64,000 nucleotides of DNA from an uncultured Phycisphaerales bacterium (GTDB lineage Bacteria; Planctomycetota; Phycisphaerae; Sedimentisphaerales; Anaerobacaceae): positions 1,216,001 through 1,280,000 of the forward strand of contig OY970359.1 in the NCBI GenBank assembly GCA_963718665.1, written 5' to 3'. A program made the position numbers and the translations under genes. The notes beneath the pieces are model-generated. The model had not been told where the DNA came from and searched no databases. It saw only the letters and a program-made list of their open reading frames with translations. Below are positions 8,496 to 18,619 of the stretch, piece by piece (position 1 is the first letter of the stretch; each line of letters opens with the position of its first letter).

Positions 8496-10499
8496 TTGGC
8501 TGAGACGCTTTTTTACAAGATACTTGGGGCGCACCTTGTTGAAGGAAAACTCGCGGCAGGCGAACAGATAGGGATACGGATTGACCAGACGCTGACGCAA
8601 GACGCGACGGGAACGACGGCGTTCTTGTTGTTCGAATCAATGGGGGCCGGTCGAGTAAGAACTGATTTATCGGTCAGTTATATTGACCATAATATGTCTC
8701 AGTTTGGGCCGGAGAATCATAACGACCATTTGTATTTGCAGACAATCGCGGCCAAAAGCGGGGTTTATCATTCGCGGGCGGGCAACGGGATTTGTCATCA
8801 GGTTCATTTGGAACGGTTCGCAAAACCCGGTGCGACACTATTGGGGAGCGATTCGCATACGCCTACGGCGGGGGGAATTGGGGCGATAGCGATAGGTGCG
8901 GGCGGACTCGACGTTGCGGTTGCGATGGGCGGAGGACCATTTTACCTGGCTTGCCCAAAAGTCATAGGTGTTAAATTGACGGGGCAACTGCCCGACTGGG
9001 TTGCGGCGAAGGACGTAATCCTGAAACTTTTGAGTATATTGACTACGAAGGGTAACGTCGGCTGGGGTGTTGAGTATTTCGGGCCTGGGGTTGCGACGCT
9101 GACTGTGCCGCAGCGGGCGACGATTACGAATATGGGAGCGGAACTGGGGGTAACAACAAGCGTTTTCCCCAGCGATGAGCAGACAAAGAAATTCCTCGCG
9201 GCGCAAAAGCGGGAGAAGGATTATCAGCCGATGAGTGCAGACGCCGGGGCTATTTACGACCGGCTGATTGAGATTGATTTGTCGAAGCTTGAGCCGATGG
9301 CGGCGTGCCCATCGTCGCCCGATAATGTGAAAACAATCACAGAAATCGCCGGCATTCCATCGAAACAAATAGCAATAGGAAGCTGCACAAATTCGAGCTA
9401 CGCGGATTTGATGATGGTTGCGACAGCGTTAAAGGGCAGGAAGATTGACCCGACGGTTGAATTCGCGGTTGCACCGGGAAGCAGGGAGGTTTTGAATATG
9501 CTGGCGGCTAACGGTGCGCTGGGGGATATTATATCTGCGGGGGCGAGGATTCTTGAGAGCGGATGCGGGCCTTGTATTGGGCTTGGTTTTTCGCCTGCGG
9601 ACGGGGTCGTAAGCTTGCGAACATTTAACCGGAATTTCGCGGGAAGAAGCGGAACGAAGGATGATAAGGTATATCTGGTGAGTCCTGAGACGGCGGTCGC
9701 ATCGGCGTTGAGGGGAAAAATTACCGACCCGAGAGAAATTAAAAAATTATTCGGGATAAAATACCCGAAGATTGAGCAGCCGGCGAAATTTATTATCAAT
9801 GATAGTATGATTGAGGCGCCTTTGAGCGAAAAGGAGGCAGCCAAAGCGGAGGTTATACGGGGAACGACGATAGTTGTGCCCGAACAGCCGAGGCAATTGC
9901 CGGCGGATTTGAAGGCGGAGGTGCTGATAAAGTGCGGCGATAAAATTACGACCGACCACATAATGCCCGCGGGAGTATTTTTGAAGCTTCGCAGCAACGT
10001 GCCCGAATACGCGAAGGTCGTGTTCCACTGCTTCAATGAAAAAGGCAAGCCCAGTTTTGCTGAACGGGCGATGAAGGTGAAAAACGAGGGCAGAGGCGGC
10101 ATTATTGTTGCGGGAGCGAGCTACGGGCAGGGGTCGTCGAGAGAGCACGCGGCGTTATGCCCGATGTATTTAGGCGTGCGTGCAGTTGTCGCCAAGAGTA
10201 TCGAGCGGATTCACAAGGCGAACCTGATAAACTTCTGCGTTGTGCCGATAGAATTGGCCAACCAGGATGACTACGAAAAAATCAGTCAGGGCGACAATCT
10301 GCGGATAGACGGCTTAGTCGATGCGATAAAAAACAAAGACGAAATAAAGATTGTCGAAGAAAAAGGCAGATATGAGATTATGGGCAAGTTAAACCTGTCG
10401 GGTAGAGACAGGCAGATTTTGCTTTCGGGCGGGCTACTGAAATATACGCTTGAGCAGTCGAACAAAAAAGCCGGCAAAAAAGAGAAAGCCAAACGATGA
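8496..10499 (+). CDS. Aconitate hydratase (short bacterial/archaeal type)
   Basis: QDATGT, YIDHN, GICHQVH, GSDSHT, IGSCTNS, CGPCIG, NRNF, TTDHI, YGQGSSREHAA. Confidence 0.92.
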   Translation: MAETLFYKILGAHLVEGKLAAGEQIGIRIDQTLTQDATGTTAFLLFESMGAGRVRTDLSVSYIDHNMSQFGPENHNDHLYLQTIAAKSGVYHSRAGNGICHQVHLERFAKPGATLLGSDSHTPTAGGIGAIAIGAGGLDVAVAMGGGPFYLACPKVIGVKLTGQLPDWVAAKDVILKLLSILTTKGNVGWGVEYFGPGVATLTVPQRATITNMGAELGVTTSVFPSDEQTKKFLAAQKREKDYQPMSADAGAIYDRLIEIDLSKLEPMAACPSSPDNVKTITEIAGIPSKQIAIGSCTNSSYADLMMVATALKGRKIDPTVEFAVAPGSREVLNMLAANGALGDIISAGARILESGCGPCIGLGFSPADGVVSLRTFNRNFAGRSGTKDDKVYLVSPETAVASALRGKITDPREIKKLFGIKYPKIEQPAKFIINDSMIEAPLSEKEAAKAEVIRGTTIVVPEQPRQLPADLKAEVLIKCGDKITTDHIMPAGVFLKLRSNVPEYAKVVFHCFNEKGKPSFAERAMKVKNEGRGGIIVAGASYGQGSSREHAALCPMYLGVRAVVAKSIERIHKANLINFCVVPIELANQDDYEKISQGDNLRIDGLVDAIKNKDEIKIVEEKGRYEIMGKLNLSGRDRQILLSGGLLKYTLEQSNKKAGKKEKAKR

Positions 10500-11326
10500 G
10501 GATAGCGAGATTTATATTGGCCCTGACAATTGCAGCAGCAATAACGATGTCGGCAGCGGCGGTAAAAACCAGCGGCAATAAATTACAGGCCGGCGACAAA
10601 TTATTGCCTGACGATTACGTTTTCGCGGGAGTTGACGGCAGGCTGATTCAAACAGGGACTGACAAATGGGCGTTTGAATTTGAGTCAGCGGTGAACGTCG
10701 GCGAAGCGGAGATAAAAGCAGGACAGACATTGGAGATGCTCGGCTCGGCGACGCTCGAGAAAATGATATTGGACGCAAAAGAACGAAGCGACGCGATGTT
10801 TCGGATATGGGCAAAGGTAACGAAATTCGAGGGAAAGAATTATTTGTTCGCGGTATATTATCTGTCGCTTCGCAAGATAAACAGACCCTCGGAAGAAAAA
10901 GGGCAAAATGAAGCAAATGCGGCTGCACAGGCGGTTAATGCACCCAATGACGTGGTGAATATCCCGCCGGAGATAGTGGCGTTATTGAAGACGTCGGAGG
11001 TTTTGCCGACGACTGAGGCGCAGGCGACCCGAGCTGAAGAACTGCAACTGAAACAGGACACTATTTTTGCAAACAGGGCCGGGCGAGTGATGGTCAAAAA
11101 CGGTGATTACTTTTTCGAGGCGGACGCGTTTGGGCGAGGGGTCGATAAATTCACTATAAAGCTGCTGCCCTGCCAGAAACTCGAAGAGGCGATGATACAG
11201 GTGCGAAGCGAATCAAACCCAGTCAGGTTCAACGTGGCGGGAATTTTAACTAAATATAAAGGCGAACAATACCTGCTGCTGCAAAAAGCGACAAGGATGT
11301 ATAGTTACGAGAATTTCGGAAGATAA
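10496..11326 (+). CDS. Hypothetical exported protein with two related halves
   Basis: Signal peptide; FRIWAKVTKFEGKNYLF and FNVAGILTKYKGEQYLL repeats. Confidence 0.75.
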   Translation: MRIARFILALTIAAAITMSAAAVKTSGNKLQAGDKLLPDDYVFAGVDGRLIQTGTDKWAFEFESAVNVGEAEIKAGQTLEMLGSATLEKMILDAKERSDAMFRIWAKVTKFEGKNYLFAVYYLSLRKINRPSEEKGQNEANAAAQAVNAPNDVVNIPPEIVALLKTSEVLPTTEAQATRAEELQLKQDTIFANRAGRVMVKNGDYFFEADAFGRGVDKFTIKLLPCQKLEEAMIQVRSESNPVRFNVAGILTKYKGEQYLLLQKATRMYSYENFGR

Positions 11327-11342
11327 CTTGCCACAGAGGTTT

Positions 11343-11364
11343 TTTAGCCACAGAGGACACAGAG
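11343..11364 (+). repeat. Dispersed 22-bp repeat TTTAGCCACAGAGGACACAGAG, copy 1
   Basis: Identical at 16828-16849 and, reversed, at 55386-55407. Confidence 0.85.
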
Positions 11365-11368
11365 AAAA

Positions 11369-12730
11369 ATGGTGAATGAGCTTGATAAAATTCTGATTAA
11401 ATATGACCAGCCGGGTTTTAATGAAAGATTTATAGAAATCCGTGCGGCCGTGATTCGTGGAACCCATTTTATTGGCGAGGCAGAACAACAATTAGAGACC
11501 ATTCTTAACGAGGTAATGCGACGCGGCGATGAGGCAGTAGCCGAATATACAGAAGATGGGAGAATACTTGGAGATGATAAAGCGGTAGCTAAATATACAG
11601 AGAAGCATGATAGGATTAAGCTTACTCCTGAACAATTCAGGATATCAGATGTGGAGCTGGATGATGCTCACAAAACAATCGACAAGAAGCTTTTGAAGTC
11701 GATTCGCTTGGCAATTAAGAACGTCAAAGAGTATCAGTCGAAAATATTCGTTGGTAAAGACAAAAATTTCAAATCGACCGGCATAAGATATACACCAATA
11801 AAGCGAGTGGGGATATGCGTTCCCGGCGCATCTGCGCCGCTGCCTTCGACTGTCATTATGACGGCTGTTCCGGCACAGGTGGCAGGAGTGAAAGAGATTG
11901 TTGTGGTATCGCCGCCGAGATATAACGGCAGCATTCATCCGGTCATATTAGCGACCTGCAAGGAATTGAAGATTAAAGAGGTTTACCGGATAGGCGGAGC
12001 ACAGGCCGTATTTGCGCTGGCCCAAGGAACAAAGACCATAAACAATGTTGATAAGATTGTAGGGCCAGGGAATCAATGGGTTCAGATGGCAAAGAAAAAG
12101 GTCTTCGGCCTTGTCGGGATTGATTCGATTGCAGGGCCAAGCGAGGTTTTAATAATAGCTAACAAATCAGCCAATCCTGCCTGGGTGGCAGCGGATATGC
12201 TGAGCCAGGCGGAACACAATCCCGGTTCTGCGGTTTTATTCACGGACTCCGAAAAATTAGGGCAAGATGTATTGGCCGAACTTAAAATACAAGTAGCAGA
12301 ACTGGTCAGGTCGAAAGAGACCTTTGATTGCTTGTTAGGATTCAGCGCGATTGTGGTTTGTAGAAATATGGCAGATGTAATAGTTTACGCAAACTTTTTC
12401 GCGGCGGAGCATTTGCAGATTCAGTGTGGAAAACAAAGCAAACAAATTGCCAACAAGATACAAAATGCAGGCGCGATATTTATCGGCGATTATTCACCCG
12501 TGGCAGTGGGTGATTACTGGGCGGGGCCAAGCCATACTTTGCCAACGGGAAGAAGCGCGAGATTTTTCAGTGCGTTGAGCGCAAATGATTTTATAAAATC
12601 GACGAGCATAATCGAATACGACAAGAAGAAGTTAGCTGATAGCGCGGATGATATAATCCGCTTAGCGGAAGCAGAGGGATTAGACGCGCACGCCAGAAGC
12701 GTGAAAATTCGGCAGGAAAATCGAAGCTAA
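11369..12730 (+). CDS. hisD: Histidinol dehydrogenase
   Basis: GICVPG, IGGAQAV, KIVGPGN, IDSIAGPSE, DMLSQAEH, EHL, GDYWAGPSHTLPT. Confidence 0.95.
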   Translation: MVNELDKILIKYDQPGFNERFIEIRAAVIRGTHFIGEAEQQLETILNEVMRRGDEAVAEYTEDGRILGDDKAVAKYTEKHDRIKLTPEQFRISDVELDDAHKTIDKKLLKSIRLAIKNVKEYQSKIFVGKDKNFKSTGIRYTPIKRVGICVPGASAPLPSTVIMTAVPAQVAGVKEIVVVSPPRYNGSIHPVILATCKELKIKEVYRIGGAQAVFALAQGTKTINNVDKIVGPGNQWVQMAKKKVFGLVGIDSIAGPSEVLIIANKSANPAWVAADMLSQAEHNPGSAVLFTDSEKLGQDVLAELKIQVAELVRSKETFDCLLGFSAIVVCRNMADVIVYANFFAAEHLQIQCGKQSKQIANKIQNAGAIFIGDYSPVAVGDYWAGPSHTLPTGRSARFFSALSANDFIKSTSIIEYDKKKLADSADDIIRLAEAEGLDAHARSVKIRQENRS

Positions 12731-13755
12731 ACGTCCCAGTTGAATTTTTCCTGATACTTGAAGTAAAAACAGCCAAGCAGGTGCGCCACCACCATTAGCA
12801 GATATACTTCAATTGCTCGGATGAATAGCCACAACAGAGGGCTCGCCAGTAGGAATTCCCTGGCCTTTGTAAACAGGAAAATAATTGCACAAACAAATAC
12901 AATCAGGCCGCAATACTGAAAAAACGCGCTGAACAGAGAGGGGATGACAATAACAGGATTCAGGCCGCGTATAGAATCAAACATTAAGACACCAAGCAGC
13001 GCCATCGGGTATAAAAATATTCCGCAACCCGCAATGATTTGGAAAGGCAAGTCGCATCTATAAGTATATCTGTAGTACAAAGAAGCTGGGAATAAATAGA
13101 CCACGAGACAGACAAATATCCGTATAAGCCGTAAGCCCATCTCCGCAAGCCCCGGAGTATTATCGGCCGTATTCGGCACACGCAGGTTTCCTTCGGCGCT
13201 GTCGCAGATGCATTCAGCCAGAAACCAGTACGCAAACATCAGGATTACAATATCCACTATTAAGTTGACAAAAATAACTAAAACGGCGAATTTTCCCATC
13301 AACCCGACAAGAAACTCAACCACAAGCTGAAACATCCACGGTATCAAAACAACGATGGCAAGAAAGATAATTCCGTGGAGGTTGGCGGGGTACAAAAATA
13401 TATCGATAAGCCAGGGGAATTTTCGTTGCGGCGGAGGCGTTGGCTGGAGGGAAGGTAATCCTTCGCTTTGCCGCAGCATTTCATACTGCTGGTCTTTCGG
13501 CTTGTCGGCAGCAATACGGTCGTGCGGGGGACTCGGCTGAAGAAGCAGGTCTAACTCCGGTCCGGGATCAATCGGCGTATTTGCCTGTGGGGACGAAGGT
13601 GCTGAGTATGGAACCAAGACGATGTTTTTGCACTGGGGACATTTCCCCTTTTTGCCAGCGTGCACCGACGGCACACGAATCTGTTTGCCGCAAAAGTCGC
13701 AGTTGAACCGGATTGCCGGTTCGGACGGCTTCTGGTTTGGGGTGTTTTCCTCCAC
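12727..13755 (-). CDS. Zinc-ribbon + multi-TM membrane protein (DUF4013-like)
   Basis: CDFC...CPQC N-terminus, Pro-rich linker, about 6 hydrophobic segments. Confidence 0.7.
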   Translation of the reverse strand: MEENTPNQKPSEPAIRFNCDFCGKQIRVPSVHAGKKGKCPQCKNIVLVPYSAPSSPQANTPIDPGPELDLLLQPSPPHDRIAADKPKDQQYEMLRQSEGLPSLQPTPPPQRKFPWLIDIFLYPANLHGIIFLAIVVLIPWMFQLVVEFLVGLMGKFAVLVIFVNLIVDIVILMFAYWFLAECICDSAEGNLRVPNTADNTPGLAEMGLRLIRIFVCLVVYLFPASLYYRYTYRCDLPFQIIAGCGIFLYPMALLGVLMFDSIRGLNPVIVIPSLFSAFFQYCGLIVFVCAIIFLFTKAREFLLASPLLWLFIRAIEVYLLMVVAHLLGCFYFKYQEKFNWDV

Positions 13756-13786
13756 TTGCCGACCTTTCCTTTTGACAAGCTAGGTT

Positions 13787-16498
13787 TTACAGTTTTGTTT
13801 TTATAACTTCTGCGGCTTTTGCGATCGCTTCGTCGAGCTTGTCGGGTTTTTTGCCGCCTGCTTGCGCCATATTGGGTCTTCCGCCGCCGCCGCCGTCGAT
13901 TATGGGGGCGATTTGTTTGAGGATTTCTCCTGCGCCGATTTTGCCGGTGAGGTCATCGGTTACGGCAGCAAGAAGGGTCGCCTTGTCGCCTTCTGCGAAG
14001 CCGAGGACGATGACGGAGGACGGGGCCTTCTTTTTGAGCATATCAATCGCGGCACGTGCCTGTTCGGCGGTCGTGGGCGATAATTTTCCCGTGATTACCG
14101 AGGCGTCGCCGACTTTTTCGCATTTATCCAGCATTTGTTTCGCTTCGGCGAGAGAATCGGACGCGGCCTGACGCGAGGGTGATTTAAGCTCTTTGGCGAG
14201 CCGTTTATTTTCGGTGAGCAGGTGAGTAACTTTTTCGACGATGCCCGTCGCAGGGATTTTGAGCGCTGCGGCGAGTTCATCGACAATGTCGCTTCTTTGT
14301 TCGAGGTATTTGGCGAGACCGCGACCCGTGTAGGCGGTGATTCTGCGCACCCCGGCCGATACACTTTCTTCCTTTATGATTTTGAAGTCGGTAATAACGC
14401 CCGTCCTGTCAACATGAGTGCCGCCGCAAAATTCCTTGCTGAATGCCTGGTTGAGGCCATTTGTGTCCGGCGCGCCGACCGCTACCACACGCACATCGTC
14501 GCCGTATTTTTCGCCGAATAGCGCCATTGCACCTAATTTGTCGGCCTGGTTTCGAGGCAGGACTGCGCAGGTAACCGGCAAATCAGCGATAATTTTGTCC
14601 CTGACGAGCGACTCGACCTGTTTTGTCTGCTCGGCGTCGAGCGACTTGGGATACGTAAAATCGAATCGCAGATAATCGGGGCAAACCAAACTACCCTGCT
14701 GTGCGACCGAACTACCAAGCAGTTGCCGCAAGGCCCACTGGAGCAGGTGCGTTGCGGTGTGGTTTTTCTTTGTGGCATCCCTGTCAGGGCTGACTGAGGC
14801 GGTAACTTTATCGCCTACGGCGATTGCTCCTTCGAGCAATTTGCCCTTGTGGATGACGCAATCGGCGACCTTGGTTGTAGCATCAACAATAAATTTGCCT
14901 TTGTCGGATTCTATAATGCCTACGTCGCCGACCTGGCCGCCCATTTCAGCGTAGAAGCAGGTTTTGTCGAGGACAATCGCCGCTTCCTCGCCGGCTTTGA
15001 TTTGGCCTGTTTTGTTGAATGCGCCGTTATCGATAAAGCCAAGCATCACGGCCGGGCATTTGTCGGCCGTATATTTGAAGTGATCCTGCGTTACGGGTAA
15101 TTCCGTGTCGGATGCCATAACGATAGTTTGTGCGCCTTTTTGAGCAGCCCTTGCGCGGGAGCGCTGCTGCTCCATCAATTTATCGAAGCCAGCGGTATCG
15201 ACTTTGAGGCCTCGTTCCTGCGCCATCAGTTGAGTAAGGTCAACTGGGAAACCGTAGGTATCATAAAGCTGGAAGGCATCGTCGCCGGGAATTGTTTTGT
15301 TTTTGGTATGGCTCGCCTTATCGGCAGCATCGGTAAAAATCTCAAGGCCCCTATCTAAAGTTCTGCCGAAGCTTACCTCTTCGGATTCGATTACGGTTGA
15401 GACGTAATCCTTTCGTGCCTTTATTTCGGGGAACGCTTCGCCAAGACAATCATCAACTGCGGGGACAAGCTTGAAGAGGAACGGGTCGTGCAGGCCAAGC
15501 TCTCTGCCGAAACGGAAGGCCCGGCGAAGTATTCTGCGGATGACATAGCCCCTGCCTTCATTGGACGGGGTCGCGCCGTCGGTTATAGCCATTGAGAGTG
15601 CGCGGATGTGGTCTGCAATGACGCGGAATGCGTTATCGGTTTTGTTATTCAGTTGCGAGGTGAATTTTTTACCGGTCATTTCGGCGAGCCGGTCGATTAC
15701 GGGCATAAACAGGTCGGTGTCGTAATTGCTGCGTTTATTTTGCAGGACGGCTGTAACTCTTTCCAATCCGGCGCCGGTATCAACGTATTTCGCATTCAAC
15801 GGCGTGAGTTTGCCGTCTTCGGCTCGATTGAATTGTATAAAAACGAGATTCCAAAGCTCGATGAACCTTGCGCAGCCGGCGTTTACGGCGCACTTGTGGC
15901 CGGGGACGTTTTTCTTGTCGCAGCGGTCAGGGCCGAGGTCGATGTGGATTTCACTGCAGGGGCCACAAGGGCCTGTTTCGCCCATTTCCCAGAAGTTGTC
16001 TTTCCTGCCGAATTTAAGGACGTGGTCGGCGGGAAGAGACGTTACTTTTGTCCAGAGATTCGCGGCCTCGCTGTCTTCGGGGAGACCATCACCTGCGTCG
16101 CCGGCGAATACGGTCGCGTATAAATTTTTCGGGTCGATTTGCCAGACATCGGTGAACAATTGCCAGGCCCATTCGATTGTCTCGGCTTTGAAATAATCGT
16201 CGAATGACCAGTTGCCTAACATTTCGAAGAAGGTGTGATGGTAGTTGTCGTGGCCGACTTCTTCGAGGTCGTTGTGCTTGCCGCTGACGCGAAGGCATTT
16301 CTGGCTGTTGACCGCGCGACGACACGACGGGGCGCTGAGGCCGAGGAATATGTCCTTGAACTGGTTCATTCCGGCGTTGGCGAAGAGCAGCGTCTGGTCG
16401 CCGATGGGGACAATAGGTGAACTGGGGACAAACTTATGGTCATTGCCCTTGAAGAAATCAATGAAGCTGGCTCTTATTTGTTTTGCGGTCAATGTCAT
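13787..16498 (-). CDS. alaS: Alanine--tRNA ligase
   Basis: LLFANAGMNQFK, HHTFFEMLGNWSF, GPCGPCSEI, HTATHLL, CGGTH, GGGGGRPNMAQAGG. Confidence 0.98.
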   Translation of the reverse strand: MTLTAKQIRASFIDFFKGNDHKFVPSSPIVPIGDQTLLFANAGMNQFKDIFLGLSAPSCRRAVNSQKCLRVSGKHNDLEEVGHDNYHHTFFEMLGNWSFDDYFKAETIEWAWQLFTDVWQIDPKNLYATVFAGDAGDGLPEDSEAANLWTKVTSLPADHVLKFGRKDNFWEMGETGPCGPCSEIHIDLGPDRCDKKNVPGHKCAVNAGCARFIELWNLVFIQFNRAEDGKLTPLNAKYVDTGAGLERVTAVLQNKRSNYDTDLFMPVIDRLAEMTGKKFTSQLNNKTDNAFRVIADHIRALSMAITDGATPSNEGRGYVIRRILRRAFRFGRELGLHDPFLFKLVPAVDDCLGEAFPEIKARKDYVSTVIESEEVSFGRTLDRGLEIFTDAADKASHTKNKTIPGDDAFQLYDTYGFPVDLTQLMAQERGLKVDTAGFDKLMEQQRSRARAAQKGAQTIVMASDTELPVTQDHFKYTADKCPAVMLGFIDNGAFNKTGQIKAGEEAAIVLDKTCFYAEMGGQVGDVGIIESDKGKFIVDATTKVADCVIHKGKLLEGAIAVGDKVTASVSPDRDATKKNHTATHLLQWALRQLLGSSVAQQGSLVCPDYLRFDFTYPKSLDAEQTKQVESLVRDKIIADLPVTCAVLPRNQADKLGAMALFGEKYGDDVRVVAVGAPDTNGLNQAFSKEFCGGTHVDRTGVITDFKIIKEESVSAGVRRITAYTGRGLAKYLEQRSDIVDELAAALKIPATGIVEKVTHLLTENKRLAKELKSPSRQAASDSLAEAKQMLDKCEKVGDASVITGKLSPTTAEQARAAIDMLKKKAPSSVIVLGFAEGDKATLLAAVTDDLTGKIGAGEILKQIAPIIDGGGGGRPNMAQAGGKKPDKLDEAIAKAAEVIKTKL

Positions 16499-16513
16499 AT
16501 CTGCTCTGTGAAA

Positions 16514-16789
16514 TTAGGCTGTCGTATCGTCTTTTCTGATAACAATGCCCTTGTCCAAACTGCCGGCTATTTTTTCGAAGGCCTTTACGAACCTGTAAAC
16601 CATAACAATAACGAACACAACGACAGCGATATTGAAAAGGAAATAGCCGTAACCCAAAATCTTGGCCTTTATAGACGGGGCAGGCCTGTCGGGCTGCTGT
16701 GTTGTGTTCTGGTATCCCTGGCCCTGATAGCCCTGATTCTGGTAAACCGGCGCCGGTTGTGTCGACGCTGCTGCTGCAAGTAAGTTCAT
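16514..16789 (-). CDS. Small hypothetical membrane protein
   Basis: 91-aa ORF, AAAGGA RBS, Q/G/Y-rich N-terminus, one TM helix. Confidence 0.65.
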   Translation of the reverse strand: MNLLAAAASTQPAPVYQNQGYQGQGYQNTTQQPDRPAPSIKAKILGYGYFLFNIAVVVFVIVMVYRFVKAFEKIAGSLDKGIVIRKDDTTA

Positions 16790-16827
16790 AATACTATCCT
16801 TTCTGAAAACCTTCTAACAAGAAGAGG

Positions 16828-16849
16828 TTTAGCCACAGAGGACACAGAG
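16828..16849 (+). repeat. Dispersed 22-bp repeat, copy 2
   Basis: Identical to 11343-11364. Confidence 0.85.
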
Positions 16850-16906
16850 ATTTATCCGCCTACGGCGGAAATGAATAAAAAAACAGTGTAAATCCGTGTC
16901 TAAGTA

Positions 16907-17980
16907 TTATTTATCTTCTATCAATCCTTTCGCGACGAGAATTTTGTGTTTTATCTGTTCGCAGAGGTCCTTGTTATCGATAAGGAATTGTCTCGCCTTT
17001 TCCCTTCCCTGGCCCAGGCGGATTTCGCCGAAACCAAGATGGGTGCCGGATTTTTCGATTACGTTGCAGGCAACGCCGAGGTCGAGTAGGTCGCCTTCGT
17101 AGCTTATGCCGTGGTCGAACATAATGTCGAATTCGGCTTCGCGGAAAGGCGGGGCGATTTTGTTTTTCACGACCCTAGCGCGAACCCTGTTGCCGACGGC
17201 GCCGCTGTCTTCCTTGAGGGTTGTTATTCGCCGCAGGTCAACGCGGACCGAACTGTAAAATTTAAGGGCATTGCCGCCTGTGGTGGTTTCGGGGTTGCCG
17301 AACATCACGCCGATTTTCATGCGAATCTGGTTGATGAATATAAGAGCGGTTTTGCTCCTGGCGATTATGGCTGTGAGCTTCCTCATCGCCTGGCTCATCA
17401 GTCGCGCCTGAAGGCCCATGTGGCTGTCGCCCATTTCGCCTTCTATTTCGGCTTTCGGGGTCAGCGCGGCAACCGAGTCGATAACAAGTACGTCAACGGA
17501 GTTGGAGGCGATAAGCATTTCAGCGATATCGAGCGCTTGTTCGCCGTTATCCGGCTGGCTGACGAGAAGCGAGCTGACGTCAACGCCGAGACGCTTTGCC
17601 CAGGTGGTATCGAGGGCGTGCTCGGCGTCGATGAACGCCGCAACGCCGCCTGCTTTCTGGGCGTTGGCGATGATGTGCAGGGCCAAGGTTGTTTTGCCTG
17701 ATGATTCGGGACCGAAGAGCTCGGCGATTCTGCCTCGCGGTATGCCCGCGCCACCCAAGGCGATATCGAGCGATAACGCGCCGGTGGGTATGCCTTCGAT
17801 TCGGGCGTATTTGTGCTCGTCCATCTGCATAATCGAGCCGCGGCCATATTGCTTTTCGATTTGGGCGATGACTCTTTGCAGGGCGGATTCCGCGCCCGAT
17901 TTATCCGCTGCGCCTGATTGCTGTGGTCTTAATGGTTCAACTGCGCCTTTGGTCTGCTGGGTGGTCTTTGTCTTTGTCAT
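16907..17980 (-). CDS. recA: Recombinase RecA
   Basis: [48 protein letters not shown]. Confidence 0.99.
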   Translation of the reverse strand: MTKTKTTQQTKGAVEPLRPQQSGAADKSGAESALQRVIAQIEKQYGRGSIMQMDEHKYARIEGIPTGALSLDIALGGAGIPRGRIAELFGPESSGKTTLALHIIANAQKAGGVAAFIDAEHALDTTWAKRLGVDVSSLLVSQPDNGEQALDIAEMLIASNSVDVLVIDSVAALTPKAEIEGEMGDSHMGLQARLMSQAMRKLTAIIARSKTALIFINQIRMKIGVMFGNPETTTGGNALKFYSSVRVDLRRITTLKEDSGAVGNRVRARVVKNKIAPPFREAEFDIMFDHGISYEGDLLDLGVACNVIEKSGTHLGFGEIRLGQGREKARQFLIDNKDLCEQIKHKILVAKGLIEDK

Positions 17981-18040
17981 TTTTCTCGACTCCTATGTGG
18001 GTAGTGTGAGGGGAAACGTTCCCCGGCTTTTCATTCATCC

Positions 18041-18607
18041 TTACCGCAACTTAAAATCGCCCAATAGAGTATAGTTTGGACCGGCTGGTGTCAACTGACT
18101 TTGGTAAACGTAAATCGCGTCGGCGGCGATTAAGCCGAGCTTGAGATGTGAAAATTGTGCTATTGCCTCGCCCATTTTAATACCCGCCATCGGGTGATTT
18201 ACCCGGCAAAGCGTCAGGTGCGCGGAAAATTCTCTTTCTTCCTTGGGGAAACCCGCTTGGGCGAGAAGGTCATCGAGGTCCTTCTGCAATGCCAATAACG
18301 CGTCAGTTCCTTTTCCTGCGCCCACCCAGACGACTTTTGCGCTTCTGCCGCCAAATGAGCCGACGGATTCGATTTCGAGGTTAAATTTCTGATGCGCCTG
18401 GGCAACGGTATTTACTATTTCCTTTACCTCTTCTAATTGCTCATCACTTATCTCACCCAGAAATTTCAGTGTCAGATGGATATTATTCGGCTCAACCCAT
18501 TTGAGGTCGCCTTTTTTGACGTCAACTTTCGAGGCAATTTGTTTTTGCAAATTAGCGATTGCCTTTCGGATTTTGTCGTCGATATCGATTGCGATGAAAA
18601 CTCTCAT
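18041..18607 (-). CDS. thpR: RNA 2',3'-cyclic phosphodiesterase
   Basis: MRVFIAI, two HxT motifs (HLTLKFLG, HLTLCR). Confidence 0.92.
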   Translation of the reverse strand: MRVFIAIDIDDKIRKAIANLQKQIASKVDVKKGDLKWVEPNNIHLTLKFLGEISDEQLEEVKEIVNTVAQAHQKFNLEIESVGSFGGRSAKVVWVGAGKGTDALLALQKDLDDLLAQAGFPKEEREFSAHLTLCRVNHPMAGIKMGEAIAQFSHLKLGLIAADAIYVYQSQLTPAGPNYTLLGDFKLR

Positions 18608-18619
18608 ATTTCGCCCCAG

